64,000 nt of DNA from Bacilli bacterium. GTDB taxonomy: Bacteria > Bacillota_I > Bacilli_A > RFN20 > CAG-449. Position numbers and translations under genes: made by a program. This document shows, piece by piece, positions 1 through 9,491 of the stretch. Position 1 is the stretch's first letter. Every line of letters begins with the position of its first letter. The stretch is taken from positions 5,359 through 69,358 of the forward strand of contig CAAEFC010000030.1 in the NCBI GenBank assembly GCA_900755065.1, written 5' to 3'. The notes under the pieces were generated by a model that saw only the letters and a program-made list of their open reading frames with translations, was not told the DNA's origin and did no database searches.

Positions 1-24
1 GATAAAATCGAAAGGACGAAAGCG

Positions 25-1341
25 ATGGCTGAGCAGACGAAAAAAAAGAAACTGACGAAGCAGGGACGGAAATATGCGATCAACATCACGGTCATGGTCG
101 TCGTGACGGCCGTTGCTTTTTACTTTATTCTGAAAGACAATCCGGGACAGGTGATCCGAAACCTGTCGAACTGCGATTTAAAATACATCTTCATCGCTTT
201 GGGGATCATGCTGGGGTTTTATCTGGTGGAATCGCTGATTCTGACGGTTCTGGCCAAAATGTACAAGCGGAATTACCGCTTTCACAAGGGTTTTCTCAAC
301 TGCATGATCGGCGCGTTTTTTTCGGGAATTACGCCGAGCAATTCGGGCGGACAGTTCGTCCAGGCGTATACGTTTTCCAAGCAGGGGATCAAAGTAACCA
401 ACGCGGCTTCGATTTTGCTGATGCACTTCATCGTCTATCAGATGGTCAGCGTGCTGTTTTCTGCGGGTATTCTGATTTTCAAGTTCAATGAGTTGAGGGC
501 GTACACGCAGCCGATCAGCATCTTCGGCTTCGACTTTGAAATTCTTTCGCTGTCGATTCTGGGTTTTGCGATCAATGCAGCGGTCATTCTCGTTCTTTTC
601 TTCGCCGCGTTTTCCAAAAAATTGCATCATTTGATCACGACGACCGGCGTGAACATCATGTATAAACTTCACATCGTCAAAAACAAGGAACAGAAAGCGC
701 TGGAACTGAGTACGAAATTCGAGACGTTCCGCATTGAACTCCGAAGACTGTTGCAGAACGGCTGGGTGCTGATCGTTACCGTCTTGCTTTTCCTGATCAA
801 GATGATCCTTTACAACCTCATTCCGTATTTCGTGGCGTTGGCGTTGGGGGTCGGATTCCGAAGCGACAATGTTTTCATGAACGTGGTCGATTCGACCTGT
901 ATGTCGCTGTTCTCGACGACCATTACCTCGATGGTGCCGATTCCGGGCGCTTCCGGCGGCGCGGAACTCGTCTTCCGGATGCTCTTCGATAACTTCTTTA
1001 TTGCGGACGGCGCGCAGTTGTCGGCCATCATTCTTCTCTGGCGGGCGATTACGTATTATCTGGGACTGATTCTCGGCTTTTTGGTCTTTATCTTCTATCA
1101 TGAATCGCCGAAGCAGGAATCGCTTCACGGCAATGCCAAAACGCTGTTGCAGTTAAGAATCGTGACGCTCGACGAAGAGAACAAGACGTTGACCATGGCG
1201 GACGACGACGAAGACGAACCGACCGACGAAGTCGAACTCTCTCCGGAAGAGGTCGAAGAGCGGTTCAAGAAACTGAAAGAGGAATTGGCGCATCAACTGA
1301 AAAAGAACGAGGATTCCCTCGATAAGGAGGAAAAGAAATGA
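25..1341 (+). CDS. Flippase-like / LPG-synthase-TM (UPF0104) family integral membrane protein with acidic C-terminal tail
   Basis: 438-aa ORF with many hydrophobic spans. Motif FFSGITPSNSGGQFVQAY is typical of this family. Its stop overlaps the start of the downstream glycosyltransferase (ATGA at 1338-1341). Confidence 0.6.
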   Translation: MAEQTKKKKLTKQGRKYAINITVMVVVTAVAFYFILKDNPGQVIRNLSNCDLKYIFIALGIMLGFYLVESLILTVLAKMYKRNYRFHKGFLNCMIGAFFSGITPSNSGGQFVQAYTFSKQGIKVTNAASILLMHFIVYQMVSVLFSAGILIFKFNELRAYTQPISIFGFDFEILSLSILGFAINAAVILVLFFAAFSKKLHHLITTTGVNIMYKLHIVKNKEQKALELSTKFETFRIELRRLLQNGWVLIVTVLLFLIKMILYNLIPYFVALALGVGFRSDNVFMNVVDSTCMSLFSTTITSMVPIPGASGGAELVFRMLFDNFFIADGAQLSAIILLWRAITYYLGLILGFLVFIFYHESPKQESLHGNAKTLLQLRIVTLDEENKTLTMADDDEDEPTDEVELSPEEVEERFKKLKEELAHQLKKNEDSLDKEEKK

Positions 1342-2510
1342 GAATCGGACTTTTTTCGGAGACTTATCCGCCGGAAATCAACGGCGTGGCGACGGCGACA
1401 AAATCGCTTTACGACGCTTTTAAGCGAAACGGGCATGAAGTCTATGTCATTACGACGAATCCTTTTGGGAAAAAAATCGAATTCCGCGACGACATTCTTC
1501 GCATTCCCGGGATCACCTTGAAGTTTCTGTATTCCTATAAAATGGCGGGTTTCATCAATCCGAAGGCGACCAAGATCATCAAGAAATTACGTCTCGACAT
1601 CATTCACGTGCAGACGGAAGCGGGAATCGGCATCTACGGGCGCCTCCTGGCGAATAAACTGAATATCCCGCTGGTATACACCTATCACACCATGTATGTC
1701 GATTATACGTACTATGTAACTAAGGGTGTTATGGATCCGGCGGCGAAAGGAATCGTCAAAAAGTGGACGAAGGCCGTTTCGACGAACGTGACCGAAATGA
1801 CGACCCCGTCGTTGAAGACGAAAACCGCCCTGCGCGAATACGGCGTCGACCGTTACATCAGCGTGATCCCCAACGGCATCGATCTGGAAATGTTTGAAGA
1901 AAAGAATATCGATCAGGCGTTTATCCGGGAATTCAAGAGGAAATACCGTCTGGAAGGAAAGTATCTGTTGCTGAGTTTAGGGAGAATCGCCAAGGAAAAG
2001 GCCATCGACGCCTTGCTTTACGGATATGCGGAATACCTGAAAAATCCTTCTTTGAAAAATTCGGTGCTTTTGATTGTCGGGGACGGTCCGGATAAAAGCA
2101 ATCTGGAAAAATTGGCGCTGGAACTCAAAATCACAGATCATGTGATTTTCGTCGGCAAAGTCCCTCACGAACAGGTTCCGTATTTCTACGCGATGAGCAA
2201 TCTGTATCTTTCTGCTTCGACTTCGGAAACGCAGGGGCTGACCTTTATCGAGGCGATCGCCGCGAAAACGCTGGTCTTCTGCAAGTACGACGAAAATCTC
2301 GAAGAAGTGATCAAGGAAGGAAAAACCGGTTATTTCTTCTACGATCTCCGTTCGTTCGACCAGAAACTTCGCCTGATTCTGTCGATGAACGAAGAAGAAC
2401 GTAAGCAGATCATCGAGAATGCCTATGCGGAGAATCAACGCTATTCGATCGACGCGTTTTACGAAAATATGTTGGAGGTCTATCATCGTGCCATCCGAAA
2501 AATGTGGTAA
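1338..2510 (+). CDS. GT4-family glycosyltransferase (glycolipid / diacylglycerol glycosyltransferase-like)
   Basis: 390-aa ORF. N-terminus MRIGLFSETYPPEINGVATA and C-terminal E-x7-E-like region (SETQGLTFIEAIAAKT) are typical of GT-B GT4 enzymes. Translationally coupled to the upstream membrane protein. Confidence 0.75.
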   Translation: MRIGLFSETYPPEINGVATATKSLYDAFKRNGHEVYVITTNPFGKKIEFRDDILRIPGITLKFLYSYKMAGFINPKATKIIKKLRLDIIHVQTEAGIGIYGRLLANKLNIPLVYTYHTMYVDYTYYVTKGVMDPAAKGIVKKWTKAVSTNVTEMTTPSLKTKTALREYGVDRYISVIPNGIDLEMFEEKNIDQAFIREFKRKYRLEGKYLLLSLGRIAKEKAIDALLYGYAEYLKNPSLKNSVLLIVGDGPDKSNLEKLALELKITDHVIFVGKVPHEQVPYFYAMSNLYLSASTSETQGLTFIEAIAAKTLVFCKYDENLEEVIKEGKTGYFFYDLRSFDQKLRLILSMNEEERKQIIENAYAENQRYSIDAFYENMLEVYHRAIRKMW

Positions 2511-3294
2511 AACCGTCGCGGAAGTCGTATTTGGAAAACAGGAAAAGGTTACGATCGTGTTTCAGGATCAGACGGAATTGAGCGTCCACGCGCGCACGTT
2601 CGGCGATTTCTACCTGTATGCCGGAAAAACGCTGACCGGGTCCGAATGGACGACTTTGAAGAATGCGGCGGAAGCAGAAAATTACAAGGATTACCTTCTT
2701 CGTCTCCTGAATCGGAATCTGTACAGCGAGAAAGAGATTGCCGATCGGCTGAAAGCGAAGAAATGCCCGGAAGAGATCGCGCGGAGACTGATCGGGGAAC
2801 TGAAAGAAAAAAAGTGGATCGACGATGACCGCTACGGGACTCTTCTCAGAGAAGAATACGAAAGCAAGAACTGGGGAAAGTATAAGATCCTTCGGGGAAT
2901 GAAGGAAAAAGGATTGTCCGAATCGATCGCGGAAAATTGGGAATTTCCGGAAGAAATCGAGGCGGAAAAAGCGGAAAGAATCACGGAAAAGTATTGTCGC
3001 GGCAATCAAAAATCTCTCCGGCAACTGAAAGCGTCCCTGTACGCGCATTTAATCGCCTGGGGATTCGATCAGGCTATCGCGGAACGCATGGCGGAGAAAG
3101 CGGAAGATTACGTTTGTCCCGACGGCGATCTCGGACTTCTTCGGAATCAGATGGAAAAGATGAGCATCGCGCATTCCGTCGATCTCTCGGATCGGAAAGA
3201 AAGAGAAAAGTGGATCCGGAAGTGGATTCAGCGGGGATTTGCTTACCGGGATATCGAAAAATGCATGGAGGAAATTTATGGAAAAATGGATTAA
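2488..3294 (+). CDS. recX: RecX family regulatory protein
   Basis: Helical-repeat sequence (YLLRLLNRNLYSEKEIADRLKAKKCPEEIARRLIGELKEKKWIDDDRY) typical of RecX. Start moved to in-frame GTG 2488, which sits behind GGAGG at 2474-2478. The longer ORF from 2419 would overlap the GT gene by about 90 nt. Confidence 0.65.
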   Translation: MPSEKCGKTVAEVVFGKQEKVTIVFQDQTELSVHARTFGDFYLYAGKTLTGSEWTTLKNAAEAENYKDYLLRLLNRNLYSEKEIADRLKAKKCPEEIARRLIGELKEKKWIDDDRYGTLLREEYESKNWGKYKILRGMKEKGLSESIAENWEFPEEIEAEKAERITEKYCRGNQKSLRQLKASLYAHLIAWGFDQAIAERMAEKAEDYVCPDGDLGLLRNQMEKMSIAHSVDLSDRKEREKWIRKWIQRGFAYRDIEKCMEEIYGKMD

Positions 3295-4216
3295 GGAATT
3301 TTGCGAAGGAGACCGGCTGGAAACCTGTCTTCTGGTTACCAACGTGAACAAGGGCGTCAGCAACGCGGGATCGCCGTATCTTTCCATCACTTTTCAGGAC
3401 AATACCGGAGTGATCGAAGGAAAAAAATGGGATGCCGGAGAAAACGACGCGCTGACATGCGAAGTCGGGAAAGTCGTGAAGGTCAATGCGGACGTCATCG
3501 ATTATCGGAACGCGTTGCAATTGAAAATTCTCTCGGTTGCTTCCGTGGATCAGACGACGCTGGATATTCAGAAATTCGCGCTTCCGTGTCCGGCGGACGT
3601 TTCGGATCTTACCCGGAGACTGACGCACTATATCAATGAGATCGGCGATCCGGATTGCAAGAAGATCGTCAGCCATATCATCGATAAGTACTATTCCCGA
3701 TTCATCACTTATCCGGCCGCGACGAAGAATCACCACGAGTTCGCTTCCGGATTGCTCTACCACACCGTTTCGATGGCGGATATCGCTTCGCTGATCGCCT
3801 CCTATTACGAGGGGGTCGACAAAGATCTTTTGATCGCGGGGTGTTTGCTTCACGACGTGGGAAAAGTCATCGAGTTAAGCGGACCGATTGCCACGAAATA
3901 TACGTTGGAAGGAAAGATGCTGGGGCATATTTCGATCATGGTCAGCGAAATCCGGAAGACGTGCGAAGAATTGTCGATTCAGAGCGAAGTCGGCCTTCTT
4001 CTCGAACACATGGTGCTGTCGCATCACGGAGAGAAAGAGTACGGGTCTCCGGTTCCGCCCCTGACGAAAGAGGCGGTGATTCTCCACATCGTCGACGATC
4101 TCGATTCCAAAATGAACATTCTCAGCAAGGCGCTGGAAGTCACGCAGGAAGGCGAGTTCACGCAAAGATTGCTCGCGATGGACGGACGTTCGTTTTATAA
4201 ACCGAAGAAGAGATGA
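3278..4216 (+). CDS. yhaM: 3'-5' exoribonuclease YhaM-like (OB-fold + HD domain)
   Basis: N-terminal OB-fold segment followed by HD-domain motifs (LLHDVGK, HHGEKEYGSPVPP). ATG 3278 is preceded by GGAGGA. recX-yhaM adjacency is common in Firmicutes. Confidence 0.75.
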   Translation: MEKWIKEFCEGDRLETCLLVTNVNKGVSNAGSPYLSITFQDNTGVIEGKKWDAGENDALTCEVGKVVKVNADVIDYRNALQLKILSVASVDQTTLDIQKFALPCPADVSDLTRRLTHYINEIGDPDCKKIVSHIIDKYYSRFITYPAATKNHHEFASGLLYHTVSMADIASLIASYYEGVDKDLLIAGCLLHDVGKVIELSGPIATKYTLEGKMLGHISIMVSEIRKTCEELSIQSEVGLLLEHMVLSHHGEKEYGSPVPPLTKEAVILHIVDDLDSKMNILSKALEVTQEGEFTQRLLAMDGRSFYKPKKR

Positions 4217-4243
4217 AAAAAAGAGGAGAAATCCTCTTTTTTT
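4216..4243. terminator. Bidirectional Rho-independent terminator between convergent yhaM and HIT genes
   Basis: AAAAAA-AGAGGA-GAAA-TCCTCT-TTTTTT: a perfect 6-bp stem flanked by an A-run and a T-run. Confidence 0.6.
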
Positions 4244-4245
4244 GT

Positions 4246-4659
4246 TCAGATTTTTTTCGATATTTCTTCGGCGATCGCCGGGAGAGAAACGTGTTCCAGT
4301 TTGTTGGAACGGAATTCGAGTTTCAAACAGTCCTCGTTTGAATAACGCGGAATGACGTGAACGTGAAAGTGCATCACGGTCTGTCCGGCCACCGGATTGG
4401 TGTTGTTGATCAGATTGACTCCCTTCGCGTTCAGAGAACCTACTTGCGCCTGAGCGATTCGCTGAGCGCTGCCCATGACTTTGCTCAGAATGTCTTTCGG
4501 AACATAGAGCAGATTGGCGAAATGCTTCTTGCTGATCACCAAGGTATGCCCTAACGTCGTCTGAGAAATGTCGAGAAAGGCGAGAACGTCGTCGTCTTCG
4601 TAAACTTTATAGCAGGGGATTTCGCCGCGCACGATTTTGCAGAAAATGCAGTCATCCAT
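4246..4659 (-). CDS. HIT-family (histidine triad) nucleotide hydrolase
   Basis: 137 aa. Has the canonical histidine triad HFHVHVIPR and the N-terminal CIFCKI motif. Confidence 0.85.
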   Translation of the reverse strand: MDDCIFCKIVRGEIPCYKVYEDDDVLAFLDISQTTLGHTLVISKKHFANLLYVPKDILSKVMGSAQRIAQAQVGSLNAKGVNLINNTNPVAGQTVMHFHVHVIPRYSNEDCLKLEFRSNKLEHVSLPAIAEEISKKI

Positions 4660-4698
4660 ATCCTATCCTTCTTTCTGCTTTCTATTTTAGCACGGAAA

Positions 4699-4730
4699 GA
4701 AAAAAAAGAAAGGGAGTTTCGACTCCCTTT
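4699..4730 (-). terminator. Rho-independent terminator downstream of the lipoprotein gene
   Basis: On the minus strand: AGGGAGT-CGAA-ACTCCCT followed by TTTCTTTTTTTT. Confidence 0.55.
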
Positions 4731-4734
4731 TCAT

Positions 4735-6222
4735 TTATTTGATGATTTCGGAATAATTGCTGACGATGTAATCGTAGAAATCCTGATCGTGAATGTTCGA
4801 TCCGACATCATACTGTTGCAGATAGTAGACCAAAGCGTTGCGCTGGTTGGTCGAAGAATCGGCGAGACCGTAAGCGATATCGATGATATCGTCGGTGTAC
4901 GTCACTTTTCCGTCGACGGTGTTGTTTTCGATCAGTCCGCTGATGACGGAAGAAGTATAGTACTTATTGACGACGACGATGTAGTACGCGTCGCTGGTCG
5001 AATCGTAGGTGTAATACTTGCCGAGAGAACTTCCGTTCAGCACGTCTTTCGGCGTCAGGAAGGCGACGCCTCCGTTGTCTCCGGTCGAAATGTAGGAAGC
5101 GATGCTGGCGGAGAACAGCCGGTCGGTGACTCCGCTAGGCAGATCGCTGATACCTGCCGAACGGGTATAAATGTCGTCGCCGGTGAAATCCTTCTGGTAC
5201 AGTTCACGCAATTTCAGTTCTTCGCCCCATTCGACGGTGTACGCACCCGAGCCGGTGTAGGTATCTTCGATATCCTGATCGGTGTCATCGCGATTCAGAA
5301 GAACGTAATTTCCGGTTTCGTCCTTTTTCAGGTTCCCGTTTTCGTCTTTTTCGACGATCTTGGACAGGTCTTCGTCGATTTCATTGGCCAGCGTATAGTA
5401 GCGCGAAATGTAATCGTTGATCCGTTCGGCGCGGGTCAGTTCGTCTCCCGTCAGCCCTTCGGTATCCTGCTCGACGCCCTTGTAGATGGCCTGCAATTCG
5501 TCGAGGTCGATTTCGCCCGTCGGCTGGGCAATGTAATTTCCCAACCATTCGAGAATCAGTTTGTTGACTTCGCCGGCCTTGTTCTTGAAGTTTTCCAGTT
5601 TGATGTACTGAACGTCTCTCGCGCTGGCGCGGCTGAGGGAAGAAATCGAGTTTTCGCAAAGGTATTTCGCGGTCAGCAATTTTTTCAGAACTTCCGGTTT
5701 GAGTTGTTTTTCGATGTATTCGGTGTAATCCGCTTTGAAGACATCTTCAAACGTGTCTTCCGGCCCGATCAGATAGAGTTTGTTGTAATTGGTTTTGCCT
5801 GTGCTGTCGGCGAAACTGATCGTCGGATACGAGGAACGAAGGGAATTGACGTATTTCTCTTCGTCGAACAGGCGGTTGGTGGAATAACTTCCTCCTTTGA
5901 CGGTGTCCAGAATCATATCCTGACAGATTTCGGTGATCTTCGCTTCGTCGGTAAACGAACCGATGACTTCGGTCTCCGCGATGCGGGTGACCAGTTCGTC
6001 GAAAATGGTCGTGTTGGTCGTCCCTCCGTCGACGAGATCGTTATAGATGGTTTCGATGGTATTGCGGAAGTAGTCCGTATCCTTATCGACGAAATCGACG
6101 ATCGGAGAGTCGATGTTTTTCGGCTGCGCTTCGACATCGCTGCTGCAACCGGTAAGAACCAATCCCATCGAAAGACAGGACAGAACGAGTAATGTTTTTC
6201 TCCATTGAATTTTCATTTTCAT
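4735..6222 (-). CDS. Lipoprotein of unknown function (D/T/Y-rich, secreted)
   Basis: 495 aa with signal peptide and lipobox LVLTGC|SS. GGAG RBS upstream. No catalytic motif recognised. Confidence 0.6.
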   Translation of the reverse strand: MKMKIQWRKTLLVLSCLSMGLVLTGCSSDVEAQPKNIDSPIVDFVDKDTDYFRNTIETIYNDLVDGGTTNTTIFDELVTRIAETEVIGSFTDEAKITEICQDMILDTVKGGSYSTNRLFDEEKYVNSLRSSYPTISFADSTGKTNYNKLYLIGPEDTFEDVFKADYTEYIEKQLKPEVLKKLLTAKYLCENSISSLSRASARDVQYIKLENFKNKAGEVNKLILEWLGNYIAQPTGEIDLDELQAIYKGVEQDTEGLTGDELTRAERINDYISRYYTLANEIDEDLSKIVEKDENGNLKKDETGNYVLLNRDDTDQDIEDTYTGSGAYTVEWGEELKLRELYQKDFTGDDIYTRSAGISDLPSGVTDRLFSASIASYISTGDNGGVAFLTPKDVLNGSSLGKYYTYDSTSDAYYIVVVNKYYTSSVISGLIENNTVDGKVTYTDDIIDIAYGLADSSTNQRNALVYYLQQYDVGSNIHDQDFYDYIVSNYSEIIK

Positions 6223-6234
6223 CTCACTCCTTTC

Positions 6235-7995
6235 TTACAGGTCTTTCGTATCGGTGAAATACTGCTTGGTTTCGTTGAAGTCCAACTGCTTGGCTTTCTT
6301 CTGGACCTTCTGGAAGTTCAACAGTTGAAGGTAGGAAGTCCAGGAAGTGAGGTTGCTTTCTTCAAAATCGTAAGCCGTATTGTTTCGTTTGGTTTCAATA
6401 TAGTCGAGAATGTTGTTCAGAATGGTTTCGTCGATCTGAATGTCGCTTCGGACGGTTTTGTCGTCGCTTCCGGCGTAGAGCAGTTGTTCGAACATCTGGT
6501 ACTGCATATTGCTGTCGTACCCGTTGATCAGGTCTTTCAGTTCGTCGGCGCGGTCGCCGTAGGTGGTACGGTTGGTTTTGATATAAGTGACGAAGCGGTT
6601 GTCGTTGGTCACGTTGGCGCTTCCCGACGGAACGTCGAGGGAATAGTAGTGCATCAGTTCTTCTTCCAGATTGTTGAGTTTGACTTCGGTTCCGGAAGCG
6701 CTGTCGGTATAGTCGGTGAAGTTGTCGAAACGCTGATTGATCGGGGATTTCTCGATGATCATGAAGTGAAGACCGGTCGACGGATTATAGGTTACCAGAA
6801 TCGGATTGCCGTTGTCCGTCAGGATTTTTCCGGAGAAATCGGTTCCCAGAACCGCCTTCAATTCCGCGCTCGGCGCGGTCCAGTTCGGATTGTTTTCGGT
6901 GCTTTCCGGATAGCCTTCATCGGTAATGAAAGAAAGTCCGTGGCTGTTGAAATACGTGTTGAACAGGACGTTACGCGGGTAGTAGGAAGAAGTGATTTCG
7001 TGTCTTTCCGCGCCCGGGACGATGTCGTTGGTGAAATTCAGATTGTTGATCGTTTTGGTGGAATCGGCGTAGTCGTCCAGCATTTTGACCGCGGAATACG
7101 GAATGGTCTGCACGGAACTGTCCAGAATCGCTTTCGTGTCGAGGGTCTGTTCGCTTCCTAAGGAAACGGAAGTCGGAACGTTCAGCATAGCGAGGACTTC
7201 GTCCGAAGATTTTCCCGTATCGTTCTTCCCGGAGAGCATGGCGTCGTAATAGTAGACGCTGAACTTGAATTCGCTGACGAAAGAAGCGTCTTTTTCCATC
7301 AGGCCGACCGAACCGTACAGCGTATTGGAAGTGTCGTCGCTGGCGTCGTAGGCGATGTCGCCGAAGGATTCGGAGGAAGAGGCCAGACGGCTGACCACCG
7401 AGTAAATCTTCTTGGATTCGTCTTTGGAAATCTCTTTGTTGTACACGCTGCTGCCGTCCACGTCGTCGGTTTTCACGAGAATGTGACGGATGTGATATGG
7501 TACTTTTTCTTCGATGTAACTCTTGGTTCTCGATTCGATGTTGTCGTCGTAGAAATTGCTTTCGTATTTTTCTTTTTTGACTTCGAGTTCTTTGAGTTCG
7601 CGATATTCGCCGATCGAATCGACGCCCGCCGCTTCGAGACTGTCGGACAACTCGCTTTTATAAGTCGTTCCGTTATTGGAAGCGTTGGTTTTGCATGTAT
7701 TGATGAATTCGTCGACTTTTTCTTCGACGTCGGTTTCCATTTCGCTCGTCATTTCCTGATCGTTGCGGATCAGAATATCGTAAATGGCGTTATAATAGGC
7801 CTGAATTCCGGTTTCGGTAGAGGCGTAATGGCTCAGCAGGTCATCAGCGGTATAGTAGACTTCGGCACCGTCTTTTTTGATCGTGACGATGACCTGTTCC
7901 CCGTCGGCCGTCTTTTTGCTGGTAACGACAGAACACGAAGTCAAACCGATTGTCAGTAAACTAACCATGGATAACGTAAGCAACCGTTTTTTCAT
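6235..7995 (-). CDS. Lipoprotein, PrsA/PpiC-like foldase candidate
   Basis: Lipobox GLTSC|S. The internal segment VPYHIRHILVKTDD resembles the start of a parvulin (PpiC) domain. Start set to the MKKRLLTL ATG at 7995, behind AAGGAGG. The longer ORF to 8061 lacks an RBS. Confidence 0.5.
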   Translation of the reverse strand: MKKRLLTLSMVSLLTIGLTSCSVVTSKKTADGEQVIVTIKKDGAEVYYTADDLLSHYASTETGIQAYYNAIYDILIRNDQEMTSEMETDVEEKVDEFINTCKTNASNNGTTYKSELSDSLEAAGVDSIGEYRELKELEVKKEKYESNFYDDNIESRTKSYIEEKVPYHIRHILVKTDDVDGSSVYNKEISKDESKKIYSVVSRLASSSESFGDIAYDASDDTSNTLYGSVGLMEKDASFVSEFKFSVYYYDAMLSGKNDTGKSSDEVLAMLNVPTSVSLGSEQTLDTKAILDSSVQTIPYSAVKMLDDYADSTKTINNLNFTNDIVPGAERHEITSSYYPRNVLFNTYFNSHGLSFITDEGYPESTENNPNWTAPSAELKAVLGTDFSGKILTDNGNPILVTYNPSTGLHFMIIEKSPINQRFDNFTDYTDSASGTEVKLNNLEEELMHYYSLDVPSGSANVTNDNRFVTYIKTNRTTYGDRADELKDLINGYDSNMQYQMFEQLLYAGSDDKTVRSDIQIDETILNNILDYIETKRNNTAYDFEESNLTSWTSYLQLLNFQKVQKKAKQLDFNETKQYFTDTKDL

Positions 7996-8207
7996 TTCGT
8001 TTTCCTCCTTGTTTTTAAAACATAGCGGTATTATTCTACCCAAAATGGTTTTTACTTTCAAGCATAAAGGAGAAAAATGTATAATATTTAATATTATAAA
8101 TCAGCGGTTTTTTCAGGAATCTGGGCGCGGAAGCGATTTTTGGAACTTCCAAAGGACATTCGCTTTTTTGACGCATAAGATAAATTGAAAACAAAGGAGG
8201 TAAATCT

Positions 8208-8312
8208 ATGAATTCTTGTACGGGACAGTGCCAGAGTAGAGGCGGAGTGTTTTTCTCGTTTATACTTGTTTTGTTTATCTTACTAGCGTTGTTCGGCTGT
8301 TTCTGCCGATAA
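8208..8312 (+). CDS. Tiny transmembrane peptide, YjcZ / tiny_TM_bacill-like (34 aa)
   Basis: Not in the ORF track because it is under 60 aa. AAAGGAGG lies 7 nt upstream of the ATG. Sequence MNSCTGQCQSRGGVFFSFILVLFILLALFGCFCR has a hydrophobic core VLFILL, as in YjcZ-family sporulation peptides, with Cys-rich flanks. Confidence 0.55.
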   Translation: MNSCTGQCQSRGGVFFSFILVLFILLALFGCFCR

Positions 8313-8328
8313 GAAGGAGGTTCATCTT

Positions 8329-8433
8329 ATGACTGGTAATAGTACGTTTGCAATCATTTTGGTCTTGTTCATTCTCTTGGTGATCATCGGATGCGGAACG
8401 ACCTGCGGTTCAACTTGTTCATCGAATTGGTAG
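8329..8433 (+). CDS. Tiny transmembrane peptide, YjcZ / tiny_TM_bacill-like (34 aa), tandem paralog
   Basis: GAAGGAGG lies 8 nt upstream of the ATG. Sequence MTGNSTFAIILVLFILLVIIGCGTTCGSTCSSNW has the same length and the same VLFILL core as the upstream peptide. A terminator follows directly. Confidence 0.55.
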   Translation: MTGNSTFAIILVLFILLVIIGCGTTCGSTCSSNW

Positions 8434-8444
8434 TAAGTCCTAGG

Positions 8445-8471
8445 GGTAAAGTGAAAACTTTACCTTTTTTT
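8445..8471 (+). terminator. Rho-independent terminator after the tiny-peptide pair
   Basis: GGTAAAG-TGAAAA-CTTTACC followed by TTTTTTT. Confidence 0.6.
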
Positions 8472-8653
8472 ATTTTCCGGGCCTTTTTTGACGCCGGAAA
8501 GCGGAAAAGGAAGTCGATCGTTTTCCTCTTTTTTTCTTTGAAAAAGCGCGATTTCCGATGCAGGAGAAACCGCTTTATTTTTGTAAAAAATAATGGCTTT
8601 GTCTTTTTTTACCAAGAATAATGGTGTAGAATAGATACGCTCGAGGTAAAAGT

Positions 8654-9478
8654 ATGAGAGAATTAACCATCACCGATCTTCACGTCAGCGTCGAAGATAA
8701 AGAAATTTTAAAAGGAATCAATCTGAAAATCCTGCCGCATGAGACGATGGCGCTTTTAGGACCGAACGGTCACGGAAAATCGACTCTTCTGGCGACGATC
8801 ATGGGAAATCCGCGATATACGGTCACTTCGGGGAGCATTCTTCTCGACGGAGAAGACGTTCTTTCCATGAGCGTCGATGAGCGGTCGCGCAAGGGAATTT
8901 TTCTGGGAATGCAGTATCCGAGCGAAGTTCCCGGCGTCGTCAACGCCGACTTTCTGAAAGCGGCCATCAACGCGCGGCGAGACAGCCCGGTCCGGCTTTA
9001 CGAGTTCTATCGCAATCTCGAATCGGCTTCCAAAAAGATGAACATTCCGATGGACATGGCGCAGCGTTTTCTCAACGAAGGTTTTTCGGGCGGAGAGAAG
9101 AAGAGAAACGAAATTTTGCAAATGCTGTTGCTGAAACCGGATCTGGCCATGCTCGACGAGATCGATTCCGGTCTCGACGTCGACGCGTTGGTGTCGGTCA
9201 GCAATGCGATCAAGGAGATGCAGGAAACGACGGCCATGTCGTTTTTGGTCATCTCTCATTATGCCAGACTGTATTCGATGATCCGTCCGTCCCGCGTCGC
9301 GGTCATGATCAACGGTCGCATCGCTCTGGAAGGAGACGAAACGATCATTTCCCGGATCGACAAAGAGGGATACGAATGGATCCGGTACGAACTGGGCATC
9401 GACGTCGCCAAAGAAGACCGGACGATGAATCAGGTTTCGATCGGAAGTTGTCCGACCAAAGATCGGTTTGCGAAATAA
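8654..9478 (+). CDS. sufC: Fe-S cluster assembly ATPase SufC
   Basis: Walker A GPNGHGKST, ABC signature FSGGEKKR and Walker B LAMLDEIDSGLD. First gene of a sufCDSUB array. Confidence 0.9.
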   Translation: MRELTITDLHVSVEDKEILKGINLKILPHETMALLGPNGHGKSTLLATIMGNPRYTVTSGSILLDGEDVLSMSVDERSRKGIFLGMQYPSEVPGVVNADFLKAAINARRDSPVRLYEFYRNLESASKKMNIPMDMAQRFLNEGFSGGEKKRNEILQMLLLKPDLAMLDEIDSGLDVDALVSVSNAIKEMQETTAMSFLVISHYARLYSMIRPSRVAVMINGRIALEGDETIISRIDKEGYEWIRYELGIDVAKEDRTMNQVSIGSCPTKDRFAK

Positions 9479-9491
9479 GCGGGTGATTGAA

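Noticed and set aside
178-1128. Long antisense or alternate-frame ORFs in the track. Examples are 178-1128(-), 4789-6192(+), 6205-7161(+), 10264-11394(-), 13415-14305(-), 24335-25075(-), 25720-26505(-), 28656-29900(-), 30577-31533(-), 39814-40668(-), 50771-52060(-) and 54844-55821(-).
   Set aside because: Each lies entirely inside or opposite a gene with clear family motifs. Their translations are R/G/D/F-rich low-complexity sequence without RBS or motifs, as expected for shadow ORFs in coding DNA of this composition.
8391-8621. 76-aa ORF between the tiny peptides and sufC
   Set aside because: It begins inside the second tiny-peptide gene and runs through its terminator and the suf promoter region. 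The sequence is low-complexity F/R/K-rich and has no RBS.
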